Assembly (NCBI GenBank): GCA_965226585.1 | Contig: OZ245366.1 | Location: forward strand, 672,001-736,000 | DNA length: 64,000 nucleotides | Direction: 5' to 3' | Source: Thermodesulfobacteriota bacterium | GTDB taxonomy: Bacteria; Desulfobacterota_D; UBA1144; Nemesobacterales; Mycalebacteriaceae | Position numbers and translations under genes: made by a program | The notes under the pieces: generated by a model | Told to the model about the DNA's origin: nothing | What the model saw: the letters and a program-made list of their open reading frames with translations, nothing else | Database searches by the model: none | In this document: one piece after another, positions 18,235-28,600 of the stretch | Numbering within the stretch: position 1 is the first letter of the stretch | Layout of the letters: each line of letters starts with the position of its first letter

Positions 18235-18600
18235 TACTGGATTCCTGCTTTCGCAGGAATGACGGGGAAGGGCAAGGAATGACGCTTCTCACCACTCCGT
18301 CATTCCGTGTTTGTCTCCTTCCCGTCATTCCGTGCTTGACACGGAATCCAGTATTCAACTGGTTAGTTAATACTGGATTCCTGCTTCCGCAGGAATGACA
18401 CTCCCCACTTCCGTCATTCCGTGCTTGACACGGAATCCAGTATTCAACTGGTTAATTAATACTGGATTCCTGCTTCCGCAGGAATGACACTCCCCACTTC
18501 CGTCATTCCGTGCCTGACACGGAATCCAGTATTCAACTGGTTAACCAATACTGGATTCCTGCTTTCGCAGGAATGACGGGGGGGGGGGCAGGAATGACAC
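18231..18600 (+). repeat. Palindromic repeat cluster 6: half unit at 18231-18263, full units at 18324-18399, 18413-18488 and 18502-18577
   Basis: Three units at an 89-bp period, linker ACTCCCCACTTCC; G11 tract at 18578-18588. Confidence 0.95.
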
Positions 18601-18655
18601 TTTTCCCCTTCCGCATCTTTATTTCACACTTAAAATGCCGTATAGAAACTTTACA

Positions 18656-19510
18656 ATGCCCGCAAGCAACACAACCTTTCAAATCCGCCCGATGACTGCC
18701 GGGGAAATCGGCATCGCAATAGACTGGGCGGCTCGCGAGGGGTGGAACCCGGGGCTTAATGATGCTCGGTGTTTTTATGCGGCAGACCCCGGAGGGTTTC
18801 TTGTGGGTCTGCTGGGAAACGAACCGGTTGCCGTTATCTCGGCGGTTAAATACGGAAAAACATTCGGCTTTATCGGGCTGTATATCGTTGAACCACAGTT
18901 TCGCGGACGGGGCTTTGGCTTGCGCCTGTGGCGGGCGGCAACTGAACGTTTGCAAGGGCGCGTAACAGGGCTTGACGGGGTTGTGGAACAGCAAGACAAT
19001 TACAAAAAATCAGGGTTTCGCTACTGCTGTCGTAACGCGCGCTATGAAGGGAAAGACTTTGCGGGCGGTGCAGACGGCGGGGTTTTTGAGGTTGCGCCTG
19101 AGATGTTTGATGAGGTGCGGGACTACGACAGAACGGTTTTTCCCGAAGAGAGAAACGGGTTTTTGAAAGAATGGATTTTTCAGGACGGGGCGGCTTGTGT
19201 GGCGGTCAGGCGGCGGGGCAAGCTGACAGGGTACGGGGTTTTGCGCCCGTGCAGAGACGGGTACAAGGCGGGACCTTTGTTCGCGGACAGCAGGCAAGAG
19301 GCGGAGGCGATTTTTCTTGCAATGACACGGACGGCGGGGAAGGGGGTTTCCGTTTTTCTTGACGTTCCGGGAGATAATCCGCTTGCGGCAGGGCTTGCTG
19401 AAAAACACGGGATGAAAACCGTTTTTGAAACGGCGCGTATGTATAAAGGCGATTTTCCCGCCGCTCCAAGTGAAAAGGTTTTCGGAATAACCAGTTTCGA
19501 ACTGGGATAG
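18656..19510 (+). CDS. GNAT-family N-acetyltransferase (tandem GNAT, YitH-like); start uncertain
   Basis: WAAREGWNPG, GFIGLYIVEPQFRGRGFG, GPLFAD and FGITSFELG motifs. Confidence 0.9.
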   Translation: MPASNTTFQIRPMTAGEIGIAIDWAAREGWNPGLNDARCFYAADPGGFLVGLLGNEPVAVISAVKYGKTFGFIGLYIVEPQFRGRGFGLRLWRAATERLQGRVTGLDGVVEQQDNYKKSGFRYCCRNARYEGKDFAGGADGGVFEVAPEMFDEVRDYDRTVFPEERNGFLKEWIFQDGAACVAVRRRGKLTGYGVLRPCRDGYKAGPLFADSRQEAEAIFLAMTRTAGKGVSVFLDVPGDNPLAAGLAEKHGMKTVFETARMYKGDFPAAPSEKVFGITSFELG

Positions 19511-19512
19511 GG

Positions 19513-20289
19513 TCAGCCGGAATTTCCGCAGTATTTTTGCGTCAAATTTTTAGTCTCTCCGCGCTCGGCTTCAGACGGTTTTCTATCCGCCATTTCGCCA
19601 AGTTCCGCGCAAGCGGATTTTGTGTCTCCCGATTTTATTAAAGATGCGGCGAGATTGAGACGCGCCTCATTGTAGCCCGGAGCAAGACGCAAAGCCGCTC
19701 TGAACTGCGCCGCCGCTTCGGTGTGTTTGGAGAGTTTGGAAAGCAATTTTCCGTATTCATTTTTCGAGTAGATGTTTGACGGCTCAATCCTGAGGGATTT
19801 TTTCAAAAACTTTTCAGCGGATTTTGTGTCGTTTTTCATATCATACGCCCTCGCAATGTTCACAAAAGCCGCGTACCGGAGCGGATAACTTATGTCTTGC
19901 GATACAACGGAACATTCACGAATGGCGGCGTCCGGTTTGTTTCCGGCAATATACAAGCCGCACAAGTTGTACCTCGCTTTTGTGTATTTGCCGTCAATCT
20001 CAAGGGCTTTTTTGTAACTGCTCTCCGCCGCCTCAGGGTCTTTAAGACCGAAATAGGCGATGCCCTTTATGAAATGTATTTCCGGGTCTCCCGCCGCCTG
20101 TTTTTCAGCCGCCTCCATCTCCCTCACCGCGCCGATGAAGTCTCCGCCTCTTGCGTATGAAGATGCGAGGTTTTTGCGGTTTTTGACAGACATTTCCGAC
20201 CCCGCTCCCGTTCCCGCGCACGAAACGCACAGAAGCGGCGCGAGCAGAAAAGCGAGAAGGGCTGAACGTTTTTTAGGCGGTAAAGTCAT
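19513..20289 (-). CDS. TPR lipoprotein (PilF/PilW-like)
   Basis: Lipobox-like CVSC followed by multiple TPR repeats. Confidence 0.75.
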   Translation of the reverse strand: MTLPPKKRSALLAFLLAPLLCVSCAGTGAGSEMSVKNRKNLASSYARGGDFIGAVREMEAAEKQAAGDPEIHFIKGIAYFGLKDPEAAESSYKKALEIDGKYTKARYNLCGLYIAGNKPDAAIRECSVVSQDISYPLRYAAFVNIARAYDMKNDTKSAEKFLKKSLRIEPSNIYSKNEYGKLLSKLSKHTEAAAQFRAALRLAPGYNEARLNLAASLIKSGDTKSACAELGEMADRKPSEAERGETKNLTQKYCGNSG

Positions 20290-20315
20290 TTGGCGGAGAA
20301 GGGCAAGGCGATTTT

Positions 20316-21218
20316 TTAGAACTTCACCATTTTCATAAAATCGGCGAGCCGTTTCTGAAACTTTGCCTTGTTCATTTTTTTTATGGTTTCCGTTCCCATG
20401 CCTTCCACGGTGAAGGAAGCCAGCACGGAGCCGTGAACAACCGCTTTTTTCAGTTTCGCGGGGCTGTCCGCGCCGTTTTCGCTCAAGTATCCCATAAACC
20501 CTCCGGCAAACGTGTCTCCCGCTCCCGTGGGGTCAACCGCCTTTTCAACCGGATAGGCGGGGGCGGAAAAAATGCCGTCAGGGGAAAACATCATGGAGCC
20601 GAACTCGCCCCTTTTGACCACCACCGTCCGGGGTCCCATTTTTCTTATCGCTCTGGCGGCGGAGATGACTGATTTTTCACCGCTCAAATCCAGCGCCTCG
20701 GAATTGTTGATTATGAGAATGTCCACCATTTTGAGGATTTTTTTCAAATCAGCGGGGCTGTTGTCTATCCAGAAATTCATCGTGTCGCACGCGACAACGC
20801 GCGGCGATTTAACCTGCTTCAAAGTCTCCATCTGCACAACGGGATCCAGATTGGCGAGAAAAACGAACTCCGCGTTTTTCATCTTTTCAGGCAGTTCCGG
20901 CTTGAAGTTTTCAAGCGCGTTCAGATGGACGAAAACCGTTTCCGGGTCTCCGAGATTTTCAGGATACTTTCCCTTCCACCGGAAAGTGCCGCCGTCAGAA
21001 ACTTCAAGTCCGCTTGTGTCAACACCGGCTTTTTTCAGCAGACGCGAATGAGGGGCGGGAAAGTCTTTTCCCACCACCGCCGATATGCCGACCTTTGTGA
21101 ACAAAGACGCTCCGAGGCATGAATAGACGGCTGAGCCGCCGAGAATTTCGTCCGCGCTGTCAGACGGAGTTTCTATGGAATCTATCGCAACCGTTCCCAC
21201 AACGATCAGTTTGCTCAT
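20316..21218 (-). CDS. PfkB-family sugar/nucleoside kinase
   Basis: LGGSAVY and DPTGAGDTFAGGF motifs. Confidence 0.93.
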   Translation of the reverse strand: MSKLIVVGTVAIDSIETPSDSADEILGGSAVYSCLGASLFTKVGISAVVGKDFPAPHSRLLKKAGVDTSGLEVSDGGTFRWKGKYPENLGDPETVFVHLNALENFKPELPEKMKNAEFVFLANLDPVVQMETLKQVKSPRVVACDTMNFWIDNSPADLKKILKMVDILIINNSEALDLSGEKSVISAARAIRKMGPRTVVVKRGEFGSMMFSPDGIFSAPAYPVEKAVDPTGAGDTFAGGFMGYLSENGADSPAKLKKAVVHGSVLASFTVEGMGTETIKKMNKAKFQKRLADFMKMVKF

Positions 21219-22102
21219 TTAAGAAACCTCCCGATTATTACGCCCAGCCGCTTTTTCGCCTCTGCGCTCATCGCTTCGGGGCTCGTAAGAACCGCATTTT
21301 CAAGAGCGCGCGGGCAGGCGGGGCAATCGGGCAAGCCCGCGATAATCTCCACCGCCGCTTTGAGAATGTTTTTCGCCTTCTCAACGTTTTCGCCAAGCGT
21401 TTTCAAAATATCTTCCACGGTTACGGAGTCGTGCCCCGGATGCCAGCAGTCATAGTCTGTCGCCATTGCAAGGGTCGCGTAGCACATCTCCGCCTCTCTC
21501 GCCAGTTTCGCTTCGGGCATATTTGTCATCCCTATAACGTCCACGCCCCACTGTCTGTAAAGGTTGCTCTCAGCGCGGGACGAGAACTGCGGGCCCTCCA
21601 TGCAGATGTAGGTTCCGCCGCGTTTTGCCGCCGCGCCTGACTTCTCCGCCGCATCTGCGAGGACATCGCAAAGCCCGGCGCAAACGGGGTCTGCCATTGA
21701 GACGTGCGCCACAACGCCGCCGCCGAAAAATGTGCTTTCCCTTCTTTTTGTGTGGTCTATGAACTGTGACGGAATTACCACATCGCCGGGTTTTATCTCC
21801 TCTTTCATGCTTCCCACCGCGCCTACGGAAATGACCTGCCGGACGCCCAGACTTTTAAGGGCGTATATGTTTGCCCGGTAGTTTATCTCTGACGGCATAA
21901 CCGTGTGCCCGCTTCCGTGACGCGGAAGAAACGCCAGTTTCACATCTCCCGCTTCTGCGGTGGTTATCCGGTCTGAAGGGTCTCCCCACGGGGTTTTGAC
22001 CTCCACCTCTTCGGTGTTTTCAAAGCCGCTTATGCCGTAAAGCCCGCTTCCGCCTATTATGCCGATATGCTTTTTCATCTTTCTCCTTTTACTTTTTTTC
22101 AA
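21215..22102 (-). CDS. mtnP: S-methyl-5'-thioadenosine phosphorylase
   Basis: IGIIGGSGLY, FLPRHG, MEGPQFSSRAES and MATDYDCW motifs. Confidence 0.95.
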   Translation of the reverse strand: MKKSKRRKMKKHIGIIGGSGLYGISGFENTEEVEVKTPWGDPSDRITTAEAGDVKLAFLPRHGSGHTVMPSEINYRANIYALKSLGVRQVISVGAVGSMKEEIKPGDVVIPSQFIDHTKRRESTFFGGGVVAHVSMADPVCAGLCDVLADAAEKSGAAAKRGGTYICMEGPQFSSRAESNLYRQWGVDVIGMTNMPEAKLAREAEMCYATLAMATDYDCWHPGHDSVTVEDILKTLGENVEKAKNILKAAVEIIAGLPDCPACPRALENAVLTSPEAMSAEAKKRLGVIIGRFLK

Positions 22103-22730
22103 GGCGCAGAATAAATCTGCTCTCTCCGCTTACAGGCAGTTTAAGTTCCTCCGCTGTCTCGTTGAATGCGCCGGAAAGTGATTTTTGTTCTTCCCGCCAC
22201 TCCCGCGCGCCGTTTTTTCCTTTCATAACTAATACTATGCCGCCCTTTTTTACAAGAGGCGCGGACAGGCGGACAACCTCAGCCGTTTTCGCGACAGCCC
22301 TTGAGACGGCGACATCAAAACCGCCGCCGATTTTCTCATCCTCAGCCCCCGCCCTTGCCTTGACCGCCCTTGCGTTTTCAAGCCCCAGCTTCCGTATCGC
22401 CTCTTTCATAAAGAAAACCTTTTTCTCCCGCGAATCGGCAAGCACAAGATCGATGGAAGGCAGGCATATTTTCAGCGGTATTCCGGGCAGCCCGGCTCCC
22501 GCCCCTATGTCCAAAACGGACGAGCCGGGGGCGATATGGCGGAGCACGGTGAGGGAGTCTATAAAGTGGGAAACCGCTATGCGGCGCGGCTCTGTGACGG
22601 AGGTCAGGTTGATGGAGTCCGCCCATTTTATGAGCAGGGTTGAGAAGGTCTCAAACCTTTGCGCCATTACGGGGTTTATCTCAACGCCGAGTTCCCTTGC
22701 CCCTGAGGCAATTGTTTCAGATACGGTCAT
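22089..22730 (-). CDS. rsmG: 16S rRNA m7G527 methyltransferase
   Basis: INLTS, HFIDSL, DIGAGAGLPGIPL and VSRAV motifs. Confidence 0.95.
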   Translation of the reverse strand: MTVSETIASGARELGVEINPVMAQRFETFSTLLIKWADSINLTSVTEPRRIAVSHFIDSLTVLRHIAPGSSVLDIGAGAGLPGIPLKICLPSIDLVLADSREKKVFFMKEAIRKLGLENARAVKARAGAEDEKIGGGFDVAVSRAVAKTAEVVRLSAPLVKKGGIVLVMKGKNGAREWREEQKSLSGAFNETAEELKLPVSGESRFILRLEKK

Positions 22731-23557
22731 TTTCTAACGTATATGGACGCCGGATGACTGACGATTATGTTCGGTTTGCCCCGGTACATTGAAACTCTTC
22801 CGGCAATCTGAACCTGTTTGCCCTTGTAGCGCGTGCGGGGTTTGATGCCGAAATGTTTGAAGTTTTCTGAAGCATTTGAAAATATCACAATCCCTGCTCC
22901 GCCGTCCGTATCAAGTATAACCATACCGTTTCTTTTCCGTTTCGCTCCGGTTATCAACGCCCTGATGACCACTCTTTCGCCCACCCGCGAGGGGAGTTCG
23001 CTTTGCGGAATTACAAAATTTTTGTGGCTTTCGTGCGGCTTGAAGTTGCCGTCTCCGCTCCAAATCCCGCGCCGGCTTTTCTTCGCCTCTTTTGCCGCCG
23101 CTCTGAACTTATCCATCATGGCCGTGTCCTGACCGTCCATTTCAAAAACGGTTGCCAGCCCCGCGCGCAAAATCTCCGCGCTCACATTTGTTTCTCCCGC
23201 GAAAACAAAGCCCAGAAGCCGCCCGTATCTGTCGTATCTCTGCTCGCCGAACCGCACCCGCACGGTTTTGTTCTCCACAAGTTTCGCGTTCAGCCGTGTC
23301 GCCTCCTCTGACAGCGGGTCTCCCGGAGAGTTTTTCCGCGCCACTTCCGGGCAGTCAATCCCCTCGTACCGCAAGCTGTATTTCCGCCCGTTTTTGGCGC
23401 GTATCCCTATGGTGTCTCCGTCTATAACGCGTGTAACGGTAAAGGTTTCCGTCCGCGCTCCGTTTCCCGAAAGGCGCGAAGACACACCGCCGTATCCCGC
23501 CGCCACAGCGAGTATCAAAAGCGGAAGAAACCATTTTGCCACAGACCGGTTTTTCAT
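22727..23557 (-). CDS. Thermonuclease (SNase) family protein with C-terminal OB-fold-like domain
   Basis: RVIDGDTI, GIDCPE, DRYGRLLGFV and RGIWS motifs; N-terminal TM. Confidence 0.88.
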   Translation of the reverse strand: MKNRSVAKWFLPLLILAVAAGYGGVSSRLSGNGARTETFTVTRVIDGDTIGIRAKNGRKYSLRYEGIDCPEVARKNSPGDPLSEEATRLNAKLVENKTVRVRFGEQRYDRYGRLLGFVFAGETNVSAEILRAGLATVFEMDGQDTAMMDKFRAAAKEAKKSRRGIWSGDGNFKPHESHKNFVIPQSELPSRVGERVVIRALITGAKRKRNGMVILDTDGGAGIVIFSNASENFKHFGIKPRTRYKGKQVQIAGRVSMYRGKPNIIVSHPASIYVRK

Positions 23558-24702
23558 GTTTTTGCCGTCTCCGCCGTTTCGCGCTCAAATATCAGGAACA
23601 CAAAAAAGCCGCACAGAACCGCCGCCCCGGCAATCGCGTACATGGCGCGCAGTCCGAACATCTCCGCCGCTATGCCAAGCGGAAACGCCGCGTAGTTTAT
23701 ACCCACGCTGAATGACGAATTGAACGCGCCCATCGCCTTTGCCATTCCGGTTTTTGTTCTGTCCGTTATCATCGCCCCGAGAGCGGGGTAGAGAAGCCCG
23801 TAGCCCGCGCTGAACAGAATACAGAACAGAACCGCCTGCAGGTCTGAACGGGCTTGCGACACGAGAAACAGCGAAACGGCGGCAACAAAAAGGGCGGGGG
23901 CGGCGACTGTTTTTCTTCCCACTCTGTCCGCCAGTTTTGAGGAAAGTATTCTCACGGTTATCACCGTTACGGCGTATGTCAGAAAGAAACGCGAGGCGGC
24001 AAAACCGGATTCTGATGAAAACACGGCGAAGAAATTCAGCAGACTTCCCAAACCCACCGCGAGCATGAGATTGGCAAACAGAATTGTTCTGTAACGTTTT
24101 GCGACAACCAGATTGAAAAATCCTCCCGTCCACCGCCGCCCCGCCTGCGGTTTGAAGTTCTCATCCTTAACCAGCAGGGCGAGAATAAAAGACACGCCGC
24201 CGAAAACTGAAGAATAGACAAACAGCCCCTCCGCCGCGCGGGTTTGCATTATCCACTCTCCCGCGCCCGGACCCACCGCGTATGAAAATATGGTGAAAGC
24301 CCCGAAAATTCCCAGCCGTTCGGCAATGCGGTCTTTTTCCGCGACATCTGAAACGGCGGCGGCGGCGGAGGTGAAAAACGCCGCGAAACCGGCTCCCTGA
24401 ATCAGGCGCAGAATATAGATTGCGTATCCGAGGCTGTCTATGAAAAGGAAACACACGGACGCTCCCGTCATCAGAGCCGCCCCCGCCGCCATAAACGCCT
24501 TTCGCCCCCCGCGGTCAGACATTGCGGAAACAAAAGGTATGCACAGAAGGGAGGTTACGCCGAAACTTCCCATTATGTAGCCAATCTGCGCCTCGCCGCC
24601 GCCAAGATCCCTTATGAAAACGGGCAGGAGAAAAAAGGACGAGAAGTTACAGAAGAAAAAGAAGTTTGACGCTGTTATGAGGGTGAAATTCATGGCGTGC
24701 AA
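23554..24702 (-). CDS. MFS transporter
   Basis: 12-TM pattern with SDRGGRK and ADRVGRK motif A. Confidence 0.9.
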   Translation of the reverse strand: MHAMNFTLITASNFFFFCNFSSFFLLPVFIRDLGGGEAQIGYIMGSFGVTSLLCIPFVSAMSDRGGRKAFMAAGAALMTGASVCFLFIDSLGYAIYILRLIQGAGFAAFFTSAAAAVSDVAEKDRIAERLGIFGAFTIFSYAVGPGAGEWIMQTRAAEGLFVYSSVFGGVSFILALLVKDENFKPQAGRRWTGGFFNLVVAKRYRTILFANLMLAVGLGSLLNFFAVFSSESGFAASRFFLTYAVTVITVRILSSKLADRVGRKTVAAPALFVAAVSLFLVSQARSDLQAVLFCILFSAGYGLLYPALGAMITDRTKTGMAKAMGAFNSSFSVGINYAAFPLGIAAEMFGLRAMYAIAGAAVLCGFFVFLIFERETAETAKT

Positions 24703-24813
24703 TTTATGGCGCGTGGGTTTGCGCGTCCGCCTGATTTTGCACGGAATTCGCGCTTTTGTAAAAACCCGCGTATTTGTTTCTGTCGCCCGCGATTTGTGTT
24801 ATATTGCCCACCG

Positions 24814-24886
24814 GAGCCGTTAGCTCAGTTGGTAGAGCAACTGCCTTTTAAGCAGTGGGTCGCAGGTTCGAATCCTGCACGGCTCA
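24814..24886 (+). tRNA. tRNA-Lys(TTT), CCA not encoded
   Basis: GAGCCGT/ACGGCTC acceptor stem, anticodon loop CTTTTAA, GTTCGAATC T-arm. Confidence 0.97.
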
Positions 24887-24898
24887 CTTTTCTGTCCG

Positions 24899-24973
24899 GT
24901 CCCCGTCGTCTAGCCTGGTCCAGGACACCGCCCTTTCACGGCGGCAACAGGGGTTCAAATCCCCTCGGGGACG
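24899..24973 (+). tRNA. tRNA-Glu(TTC), CCA not encoded
   Basis: GTCCCCG/CGGGGAC acceptor stem, anticodon loop CTTTCAC, GTTCAAATC T-arm. Confidence 0.97.
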
Positions 24974-24994
24974 AAAATTAACAGCCGGAATTTT

Positions 24995-25684
24995 TCAGAA
25001 CGCATATTTGAGTATCATCCAGACTATCTTCGCGCCCGCTTTCGCGCTTCCCGTAAATGTGCCGCTTATCTTTGAAACGCCGGTGCGTTTTCTGTAACTC
25101 ACCGGAACTTCGGAGCATCTCAAACCTTGTTTTACCGCTTTTATCTGCATTTCCACAGTCCAGCCGTAGCCCTCATCCCGCATTTTCAAATCCCGCAGGC
25201 ACGGGAAAGTTATCGCCCGGAAGGGACCGAGGTCTGTAAAACTCTGCCCGAACAGAACGCTTAAAAGAAATCCCGCGACCTTGTTTCCGAAAACCGTGTG
25301 GGCGGGCATTGCTCCGCTCTGTCTCTCGCCTTTTATGCGGGAGCCGGCAACGAAATCGGCTTCATCTTTCAGTATCGGGTCAATCACACGGCTCATTTCT
25401 TCAGGGTAGTCCGAGTAGTCCGCGTCAAGAAAGACAACGATGGCGGGCTGGCGCGAGGGGTCTGATATGTGCCTTATTCCCGCGAGGCAAGCCTTGCCGT
25501 ATCCGCGAACCGGCTCGTCTATAACGGTTGCCCCGGCAGCGCGGGCGACAGCCGGGGTGTTGTCCGTTGAGCCGTTGTTGACAACCACCACCTCGCGGAC
25601 AAACTCCATTGGAATTTCACCGACAACCTTGCCGACCGAGTTTTCTTCATTCAGAGCGGGGATTATGACTGAAACGTTTTTCAT
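24995..25684 (-). CDS. Glycosyltransferase family 2 (DPM1-like)
   Basis: VSVIIPALNEE, FLDADYSD and TDLGPFRAI; start moved to ATG 25684. Confidence 0.92.
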   Translation of the reverse strand: MKNVSVIIPALNEENSVGKVVGEIPMEFVREVVVVNNGSTDNTPAVARAAGATVIDEPVRGYGKACLAGIRHISDPSRQPAIVVFLDADYSDYPEEMSRVIDPILKDEADFVAGSRIKGERQSGAMPAHTVFGNKVAGFLLSVLFGQSFTDLGPFRAITFPCLRDLKMRDEGYGWTVEMQIKAVKQGLRCSEVPVSYRKRTGVSKISGTFTGSAKAGAKIVWMILKYAF

Positions 25685-25691
25685 CTTGCCG

Positions 25692-28600
25692 CTATACCGC
25701 CTCCAGAGTTGCGCCCGGAAGAACGCAGATATACCGCTCAACCGGTTTTCTGCCGTATATTTTCCCCACCGCCGCGCTGTAAAAATCCATCTGCTCCGTG
25801 TACCGGTCTTTTTCAAAAGAGTCCGTGTATTTGTAGTCCACAAGAATCGTTCCCTTGTCCGTTTCAAGCAGGAGGTCTATTTTTCCGTTTCGTATTCCGT
25901 CCGCCGTTTCAACGGTGAACTCGTATTCCCGTTTCATTCCGCGTGCGTTTTTTGCCATTTCCGCAAGAGGCGAGCGCAGGGCGTTTTCCGCGCATTTCGT
26001 CACTTTGTCTCTCACCTGAGAGGCGGGGAAAAACTTTTCTTCCGCAACAAAATCCGCAATCTCGGCAACGGAATCGGGAGAAAAATCCCATATCTCAAAA
26101 AACCTGTGCACAATCTCTCCCTCCTCGGTTTTTGCCATATCGCAAAACTTTTCCGCGCCGGTTTCGTTCGTATCTTTTTCTTCCGTTTCTTTCTCGTAAA
26201 GCGGGCGCAGGGTTTCGGCGGTTGCGCGCGCGCGGGGTTTTCCGGGTTTCTTTTCCGGAGTTTTTCGCGGCTCAGAGCGCGGTATCTCATCTCCCGTTTC
26301 CGCGGCTTTTGCCGCTTCAGAGTCCGCGCCCCTGAAATTCCGCGCTCTCGCTATCCGGCTTGCGAGGGAGCCACTCCCGGGTTTTGCGTATTCGCCCGTA
26401 AACAGAGCCTTTCCCGCCCTTGTCAATGTTACGTAGAGAATTCTGTCCTCTTCATCGGAGTTGTCTTTTGCCGCCTCTTTCCACCGCGCATTTCTGCCAG
26501 AGGCATGACACACAAAAAATTTTCCGTTCCGGTCAACCGCAACTCTTCCCGCGGGGTTCACCTGCCGGTAGTTCGAGTCCGCCACAAAAACAACGGGAAA
26601 CTCAAGCCCCTTTGCCCCGTGGCTTGTGAGCAGGGTTATAGAGTCTGTTTCCGCACCGCCTGAGAGTTGTTTTTCATCCGTGTTTCTTGCCGCGTCAAAA
26701 TACCGGACGGCTTCGGAAAGGTCTTTTCCCCCGGTCGCGAGGTCAGCGCACATTTCTGTGAATCTTATGACGTTTGAACGGATGTCGCGCCCGTTCGGAA
26801 GCGCGAGAGCCGCCGCCGCGTAGCCCAGCCGGTATGCGGCAAACATCGCGGCTTCAGCCGGAGAGCGGAAGTTTATTTCCTCTCCGCTCTCAACGGTTTC
26901 AACTATTGAAAGCAGGTAGTCCGCCGCGCGGTTCCATTCCGCGTTTCCGTTTCTCAGCGATTTCAGAAAGTCGCCGTATGTCCGGTTTTTGTTTCTTCGT
27001 TTTTCCGTGAAGTAACGTTCAAGATGCGCGTCCGATATTCCGAAAAACGGCGACCTTAAAACCGCCGCTTCAGAGTTTTCGTCAAGCGGGTTTTCAATAA
27101 ACTTCATCATTGAAACCATATCTCTTGTTTCCGCAAGATTGAAAAATCCGGTCGCGTCTTTTCTGAAAGGCATGCCTGAGAGCCGCAAAGCCCTTTCGTA
27201 GATGTCCATGTTCACCTTTCTTCTGAATATGAGCGCGATGTCGGAATACGCAAATCCGCAGTCTTCCACCAGTTCCGATATTTTTTTGCAGATAACGGCG
27301 GCTTCACTGCGTCTTCTTTCTTCCGCCTTTTCTCCGTCCACTTTCAGAGTGGAGAATACTCCCCCGCCTTCAAGTCCGGGTGTCATCGGCTCGTATCCTT
27401 TGGACGAAAAGAGGTTTCTGAAAAACACGTTCAGAAAATTGAGCAGTTGGGATGATGTTCTGTAATTTGTCGCGAGACGGAATTTTTCAAATTTGTCTGA
27501 TTTGAGAATTCCGTTAAACAGTTCCGGTTTCGCGCCCCTGAAACCGTAAATGGACTGAAAAGGGTCGCCCACAAGCACCAGTTTCCCCTCACCCGAAAGC
27601 AGGTTGATTATCTCGTTCTGCATTGAGTCCGTGTCTTGAAACTCGTCCACAAGCATAAGTTTGAACATATCCGTGTAGCGTTTCAGCGCAGACGGGTTTT
27701 CGCGCAAAATGGCAAGGGCGTTCACAAGGAGGTCTTCGTACCTGACCGCGCGGTTTTCCGCTTTTATCTCTTCATGCCGGTCAAGCGATTGTTCCGCAAC
27801 GGTGAGATACAGGTTTGTCAGCCGCCTGTTGAGAGTGTCTATGTGGTTTTCAGCGCGGGCGATTAGTTCATGCGCCGCCTCTATTTCCTTTTTTTCGGCG
27901 GTTTTCATCTCCGTTACTTTTTCCATGTTTTCCACAATCGCCATCAGCGTCTTGCACTTATCCGAATCGGGAGATGTCGGGAACCTGAGTTTTTTGATTG
28001 CCTTGAAACGTTTGGATGCGGAATTTGTCTTGAAAATGTCGCCGTACATCCCGATTGAATCGCCGTCCAGTTCCGCCGGAGCTTCCTCATCGCCGGTATC
28101 AATCTCCGCCGTTTTGAGAGGGCGGGGCAGATGTTTTTTCTCCGTCTCCCTGATTATGGATGTGATATTCGCAAGCGCGGTGTCCAGATTGAACGATTCT
28201 TCGGTGAGCAGGTCGCCAAGCGTTTTTGCCGCGGCTCCCTTTTCTTCGCGCAGTTTGAGTATGGTTTCAAGTATGGCGGATGAGAGCGCGGCATCCGCAT
28301 CTGCGGGGTCTGCTATTTCAAAACCTGCGGGGAAATTTGTGGAGAACAGATTTTCCCGCATTATTCGCGCCGCCAGTCCGTGAATTGTGCTTATCTGCGC
28401 CGCCGAAATTCTGCCCGGGGTTTCGGCGGTCAAAAAGCCGCGCGCGCCGAATTTTTTCACGTAATCCGCAGAGCTTTCGGCAAGCCGCTCCCTGAGTTCC
28501 GCCGCCGCATTTTCCGTGAAGGTTATTGCGGCGATTGAGTCAATATCCGCCCGTCCCGATTCAAGTTCGGCAAGGCACACGGCGATAAGAAAGCGCGTTT

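Noticed and set aside
18578..18588. G11 tract as a phase-variation switch
   Set aside because: Lies in a G-rich repeat linker outside any CDS or evident promoter; may also be a homopolymer sequencing error.
25440..26663. Long antisense ORFs (also 30694-31647, 51068-51949 and 52417-53736)
   Set aside because: Shadows of well-supported genes on the opposite strand, with no recognisable motifs.
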